64,000 bases of DNA from contig JADIIX010000026.1 in assembly GCA_027604505.1 (NCBI GenBank), positions 124,001-188,000 on the forward strand. The letters are read 5' to 3'. Under the pieces are notes generated by a model. It did not search any database, was not told the origin of the DNA, and was given only the letters and a program-made list of their open reading frames with translations. Shown in pieces: positions 58,707 through 64,000 of this stretch. How positions within the stretch are numbered: position 1 is the first letter of the stretch; every line of letters starts with the position of its first letter. The position numbers were made by a program, and so were the translations under genes. The stretch comes from Gonapodya sp. JEL0774 (Eukaryota).

Positions 58707-61487
58707 ATGACGGTTGCCGCTCACAAGGCCAAGGCCCACAAATCAAAGAGTCTCAAGGCTCAATCCCTCTTGGCCAAGTATGCTCCGTATTTCGGAACTG
58801 GTACAGAGGGACTCCTTCAGCTCCGCTCGAGCTCCGCCCGGGGCCGGTACACCGTTGCAGACCGCGACATCCGATCGGGCAGCGTCGTCCATGAAGAGGC
58901 AGCTTACACACACATCATCCGTCGAGCACACGTGGGCGATATTTGTGCCTTTTGCCTAAATCAGTTCAAGACCCAGATTAGCGCCAAGGCAGTGGCGATA
59001 TACGGGAGCCAGGTTCCCATCACCAAGGTCTTTGTTCCTTGTGCGATCGGCAAGTGCGGTCGGGCGACCAACTATTGCTCCGAAGAATGCCGAAAGGCGG
59101 ACGAGGAGCGACATGAACTGGAATGCGAGGTGGTCGGAGGACTGGAGAAGGTTGCACAAACCGCAAGCATCGATTGGGACCTTGTGCGGATAATAGTATC
59201 AACATTGGCGAAAAAAGCTTTGGAAGCTAAGAAAAACGTTGCCGAAGGTGATTCCACCGCTCTTGACGCGCGTGAGTACACTGGGCGGCTGCCTGTGGAT
59301 CATCGGTCCTCTCAAAACCTTCCCCGGTCCAGGTATCGCTACTTGGAATTCTGTTTGCGACATTCCTAACGCACGTGAATTGAAGGTTCGACTGGAGAAG
59401 GAGTGGTTAGAGCAGTGGTCGAAAGCTTGTATGTCGGCTTTTCGTATCACCACTTCCCTACCCAAACTCTGACTACCAACCCTAATTCGGTCAGCAAAAT
59501 TACTTCACGATATTCTCCCTCCGTCTATGAGATTATCCATTTCCGAGTTAATTGATCTTGCTTGCAAGTAAGGCCCTGTTGCGGTGATCCGGCAATCCGC
59601 GGGTCATTGATCACCCCTCCACTTTTGCAGAATCCAATCTATTGTACAACTCTTCCCTTCACCCCTCCGCCCGCCTCCCGAAGGTCAGCCACCGCAATCC
59701 GACCTCCGTGAAGCCGTCTACGCCATCTTCCCAGTCACCATGCTTTGGTTTGCGCACTCTTGTAGGTAAGGGACTGACGCCTGCACGATATTTCCAAGTG
59801 TTGGCACATCTCATTTTGTATTTGCCTGTGATCCAGCGCAAATGCTATTCTGGCCAACAAGGAGGAGCTGCCTGACCCGTCACCCTCCGCAACCGTGAAC
59901 GGGTATCCGCGACTTGTCGTCCGCGCTATCCGTGACATCCCTGCGAATAGCGAAGTTACGATTTCGTACGTGGACACATTTTTGCCCCGTCCGGAAAGGC
60001 GAATCGAAAGTATGTATTGATGATGTGATAGCTCCTCCGGACATTCAATCGCGACGTGATGTCATAAAACCCGTGCATTTATTTTTCTAACACATCACGA
60101 TATCTTTTTTGGACAGTCTTCTGCCTCCGTCACACGTGGTGCGAATGCCCTCGCTGTAAACCTCCCATGAAAGTGTCTGCGGATCGCTTCCTCAGTGGAA
60201 TTGTGTGCCTCTATTGTAGCGAAGGAGTTTACGCTCTGGAAGATGATGGAAAGGCAACTCTGGAGAAACTTCTGAGGGCCGCTCAGGAGGAAAAGGATAG
60301 GACGAAGGAGGAGTTGACGGCCGCCGCCGCAAAAAGGACCGACACTGTGACGAAGGAAGCAGTGGACAGTTCGGATGAACATGAAATTGGACTTAACGGA
60401 AACAAGCAGAGTGGCACTGAAGACGTCAAGGCAAAAAATATAAATGGCAATGGTATCGAGATGATGAATGGACACGCTGAGGTACCAGATGTTGCAAATG
60501 CTGCGGAAGGCAACGGTTCGCACAAACCTAACGGTTCTATCGACACGTACAACCAGATCCCAGAAGATGTTGCTGACCAGACTACAAAAGATGATGTCGC
60601 AGTTCCCCAAAGTGACGAAGTTGCCATAAAATCCGCACCAACTGATCCCGCAACCCCTGAAGAACCTCCAATTGCAATGACTCTCGCAAAAATCCTCGAG
60701 GATCCGTCGGAGCCTCGTTCTTCGTGCAGCGTCTGTGACCACGTCATGCCGACTGCGTGGCTTATAACTTTCCAACAGATTATTCAGGGGGAACAGCAAC
60801 GCTTGGCAAACCTTATCCAGTCAGCCCAAACACCCTCAGGTGCTGCCATAACCTCTATCGTGCGCCCAGCATTGGAGGCATTCTTGTCAAAAACTGTTCA
60901 CGAATTTTCCCGGTCGAACGGACAACAAACGCTCGCAGTAAAACCGGGGCCACGACCGAAGCTCACCGAGATGGATTTGTGGACGGAGGCAGAAGTCTTT
61001 GGGAGGATGAGGCTGCACCCATCGTCCAACATGGTTGTGGCGACAAGGATCCCACTGTTAAACATGGTTATGGCGGATGAGGAATGGCAAGGCGCTTATG
61101 TGACAACAAAGGAGGTACGTCAGAGTCAAGTCATTTAACCACATTCAACCATTTTCATTTCTAGTCGGGTAACAGATAATCAACGCGATGGAAAAATCTG
61201 GAGCGATGCCCACTGATCACCCCGAGATGGGAGATTTTCATTTATACCTTGCTGAGAACGCCGGTCGGGTCGCGCAAATGTATGCAGGAACAGTCGGAAA
61301 GCTGTGAGTATTGGATTCTAGTAATCTGATTGCTCTCAAGATTCACAACCGCTTTGATGAACGGAATAGTTACGAACGGGAAGCACGGGATGCATACAGG
61401 CGGTGCTTGGAAATCCGCCGGAGATGCTTTGGAGAAGATCATTCCAAGACGATTGAAGTAAAAAAGAGACTCGGAATAAAGGTTTGA
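58707..61487 (+). CDS. SMYD-like SET-MYND lysine methyltransferase with TPR-like C-terminus
   Basis: GRYTVADRDIRSG, MYND Cys pattern CAFC..YCSEECR..HELEC, VRAIRDIPANSEVTISYVD, post-SET CECPRC, CLEIRRRCFGEDHSKT. Confidence 0.87.
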
Positions 61488-61643
61488 ATATTTGAAAGAA
61501 CCTTGTGCTTGGCAACAAGTTAAAATGTACAGCAAGAATAGGAATACTTTGCATGCTTGTTCGCGTTTTCTTTAATATAGAACATCGCCGAGTTCTCCAA
61601 GAGAGAGATTTGTCCTTCACGTTCAGCACCTTGTATCTCCCAA

Positions 61644-63830
61644 TTAAGCAACGACCTCGCCAGGTTCTGTTCCATCCGCTATCGACGACCTCATCGTCTC
61701 AATTTCTCCATCGCTTTCCGCACCGCCCGTCGCTCTGCGCTCATCTACTCCCTGCGAGAGCGGTGGCCGACGGGGTCCAACAGTTCTCAACACGGCGTCC
61801 AATCGATCAACCTCCCTCGACACAATTGAGTTGCTGTCCCGTGCCCCTTCAAGACGAGAAAGCGAGGCGTGTCTGGGGAGTTGCGAATGTCGGATTGGGG
61901 ACGGAGTTCGAATGCGGTATCCAAACCGGTTTCCCTGAGTCAGCTGTTGCCATCGCGAGTTCACCCTTCCAGAATCTGCCCGAGAAGAGGACCCTGAGGA
62001 CCCTGTTCGCGCTCGCCCGCCAATTACTGGGGGTCTAGTCCCAGAAATTGAACCTTGCTCCCACCCATCAAGGTCATCATCACTGCTCATCCAAACGTTT
62101 CTGGCCAACCTTTCCTCGCCAATTACACCTCGAGGGTTCAAGCTGGCTGAGGGACGAGGAAAGAGTCTGTTGGAGGGAAGCCCGAGGTCCCAGCCCTGCT
62201 GCTCAGCTTCCGCTTCCGCAAGAATTCTAGCAGCGCGTGCCGTGCGCGCTCTGAACCCTGGGGACCTCATCGGAGGAACCCGGAAGCTGCTACCGAACAA
62301 GTCATCCTCCGTTCCTCCCAAAGATGTTCCGACAAAAATGTCCGAATTGGTTTCTCTGACAGGCGTACGTTCGTACCACCGAGGAAACGGGTCAACCTCC
62401 AACAAAGAAGTCGCCTCAGTCTCACTGATGCGGTTAAAGAGTCGTCTCTCCCTCCTCTGTCGGTCCTCGGTTTGCTCTCTCTCCCGACTTCTACCACCCA
62501 TCCACCTTCTTCCACCTGATGGTGTCCGATCCTCTTCCGCTGTGGTAAACACAGAATTTCTACCGGCGTCGTCCTCATGCGGCAGATAGTGCGAAGATGA
62601 AAGACTCCATTCGTCAACAAATGTCGAAGGATCATCTTGTCCCCGCATCGCTCGCCTGCGCCTCCTTGATACATCAGCCACCCTGTACCTCGTTTGCAAA
62701 TCAGTTCGCGCCGACGTCGACACGTTGACTGCGGCAACTGTCACCGGAGGTACCGGAGACACCGAGCGGGACCGTGACCGTGATCTCGGGTTTGGCGCCA
62801 CCGATGATGATGTTGAGCCTCCTGATCTCCCGAAGGCATCTCTCGCAGATAGGTCAACTGCCATTGCCTCCTCGACCCAATCCCGCCACTCATCTCCCAC
62901 TTGACCTGTTGACAGGATACCTGCATTGATCTCCATTGTCCTCTCCAAAGTCCTCGTGGCTCGGCCGAGCTCTCTAGAAAGTGTAAGCAAAGGGTCATCC
63001 CTCGACAAATCAGGTTCAGCACGGTTCGGTGTCGGATTATCCGCACGGCGATCAGGCCTTGGAACATCTGTCGGGGTCAGAGATCCATCCCTTCCAGCCT
63101 CGCCAGCACCTGACGATTCTGGCCTTCGTGTGGCACGTGCCGTTGGGCGAGGCGGTGGTGGTGCAATAGGACTCATGGGTGTGCTCCCACGTCTGTCAGG
63201 GGAGACTGGTACAGAGTCATTCAGATCGTCGGTTGGTTCCACATCCAAGTCATCGCCTTCGCGTTCGGCGTCTACACCAGAATGATCCGCATCATGATCT
63301 GTTGTCGAATAAGTTGTAGAAAACGGATTCGGACCAAACACTGCGGACAAGTTTCGGAGAGTTGCTTCATACCGAGGAGCAGAAGTAGCCGTGGATGTGG
63401 AACTGGAACTTCCAGGGTCTACAGAGAGCCGCACAGCTTCTGAAGTCCTCGTCAAACCGGCGGCAGTCGAGGATGAGGCTGCCCCTTCGACTGCACCATC
63501 AGCCGAGCTGGATGTGCCTCCTCTGTTCCCATTGCTACCACTGGCTTCACCGACCTCCCCGACTCCAGCTCCGCTCGGCTTGGGTACTTGCACCTCCGAC
63601 GAAGCACGGTCCCGCAGTACAGCTCCCCCCCCTCCAGTCACCATTGAAGATTGCAAAGTACTCCCAACAGCACCGTTCGCAGGACCTCCCGCTTCTGTCG
63701 CTCCCTCGCCCCCCTGGATAACAATATCAGTTGGTACTACAGCACCAGATAGTGTGCGAGTAACACGGAGTGGGCGCGATTGGAGGTGAGCGAGACGAAG
63801 CTCGAGACGGCGAGCATATCTTTGATGATA
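61644..63830 (-). CDS. Hypothetical Arg/Ser-rich disordered protein, probably 5'-partial
   Basis: 670-aa ORF that stays open upstream to about 63840; further exons are likely beyond it. Confidence 0.6.
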   Translation of the reverse strand, partial: YHQRYARRLELRLAHLQSRPLRVTRTLSGAVVPTDIVIQGGEGATEAGGPANGAVGSTLQSSMVTGGGGAVLRDRASSEVQVPKPSGAGVGEVGEASGSNGNRGGTSSSADGAVEGAASSSTAAGLTRTSEAVRLSVDPGSSSSTSTATSAPRYEATLRNLSAVFGPNPFSTTYSTTDHDADHSGVDAEREGDDLDVEPTDDLNDSVPVSPDRRGSTPMSPIAPPPPRPTARATRRPESSGAGEAGRDGSLTPTDVPRPDRRADNPTPNRAEPDLSRDDPLLTLSRELGRATRTLERTMEINAGILSTGQVGDEWRDWVEEAMAVDLSARDAFGRSGGSTSSSVAPNPRSRSRSRSVSPVPPVTVAAVNVSTSARTDLQTRYRVADVSRRRRRAMRGQDDPSTFVDEWSLSSSHYLPHEDDAGRNSVFTTAEEDRTPSGGRRWMGGRSREREQTEDRQRRERRLFNRISETEATSLLEVDPFPRWYERTPVRETNSDIFVGTSLGGTEDDLFGSSFRVPPMRSPGFRARTARAARILAEAEAEQQGWDLGLPSNRLFPRPSASLNPRGVIGEERLARNVWMSSDDDLDGWEQGSISGTRPPVIGGRARTGSSGSSSRADSGRVNSRWQQLTQGNRFGYRIRTPSPIRHSQLPRHASLSRLEGARDSNSIVSREVDRLDAVLRTVGPRRPPLSQGVDERRATGGAESDGEIETMRSSIADGTEPGEVVA

Positions 63831-64000
63831 TGCGTGGTGTCATTCAATGCAAATGGCAGCAAGATAGTTGAGGCACGAGTAATTAGAAGAGTCAACAAGC
63901 TCGTATCCACCTCTGTACATCGGCTGCCTTAGCACGCCATCCATAGCGTCTCACTCCCCATGAAAATGTCAAGGAGCCATCTCGAGGATCCAAAAATCCG

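Noticed and set aside
60095..60799. 234-aa minus-strand ORF
   Set aside because: Antisense to the SMYD exon.

Overview
Gene-dense, intron-rich eukaryotic DNA with short GT-AG introns and at least one probable GC-AG intron. Gene content and intron style point to a fungus, probably an early-diverging lineage (inference). I joined about 25 gene models by hand across introns, so the coordinates are gene spans and some boundaries are approximate. Ordinary genes: HemW/RSAD1-like radical SAM protein, dienelactone hydrolase, 3-hydroxyacyl-CoA dehydrogenase, ENPP-type phosphodiesterase, METTL21-like and OMS1-like methyltransferases, NAT8-like GNAT, F-box protein, BBE-like FAD oxidoreductase, Nrg1-like C2H2 factor, Sso-like syntaxin, DUF6314 protein, rhodanese-DSP MAPK phosphatase and SMYD methyltransferase. 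Notable items: (1) a large multi-exon gene fusing a class-3 lipase, a glycine-rich membrane hairpin and a P-loop GTPase, a candidate GTP-switched membrane-attack or immune effector; (2) an intron-containing, bacterial-type GTPase with a DUF697-like membrane domain, broken only at an A8 run that is also a -1 slippery heptamer; (3) a decayed Crinkler-type kinase fragment enclosed by ~100-bp inverted repeats; (4) a secreted protein ending in a Cys-bracketed glycine-zipper hairpin; (5) an orphan gene and its decaying tandem paralogue. I found no rRNA, tRNA, CRISPR array or intact transposase.
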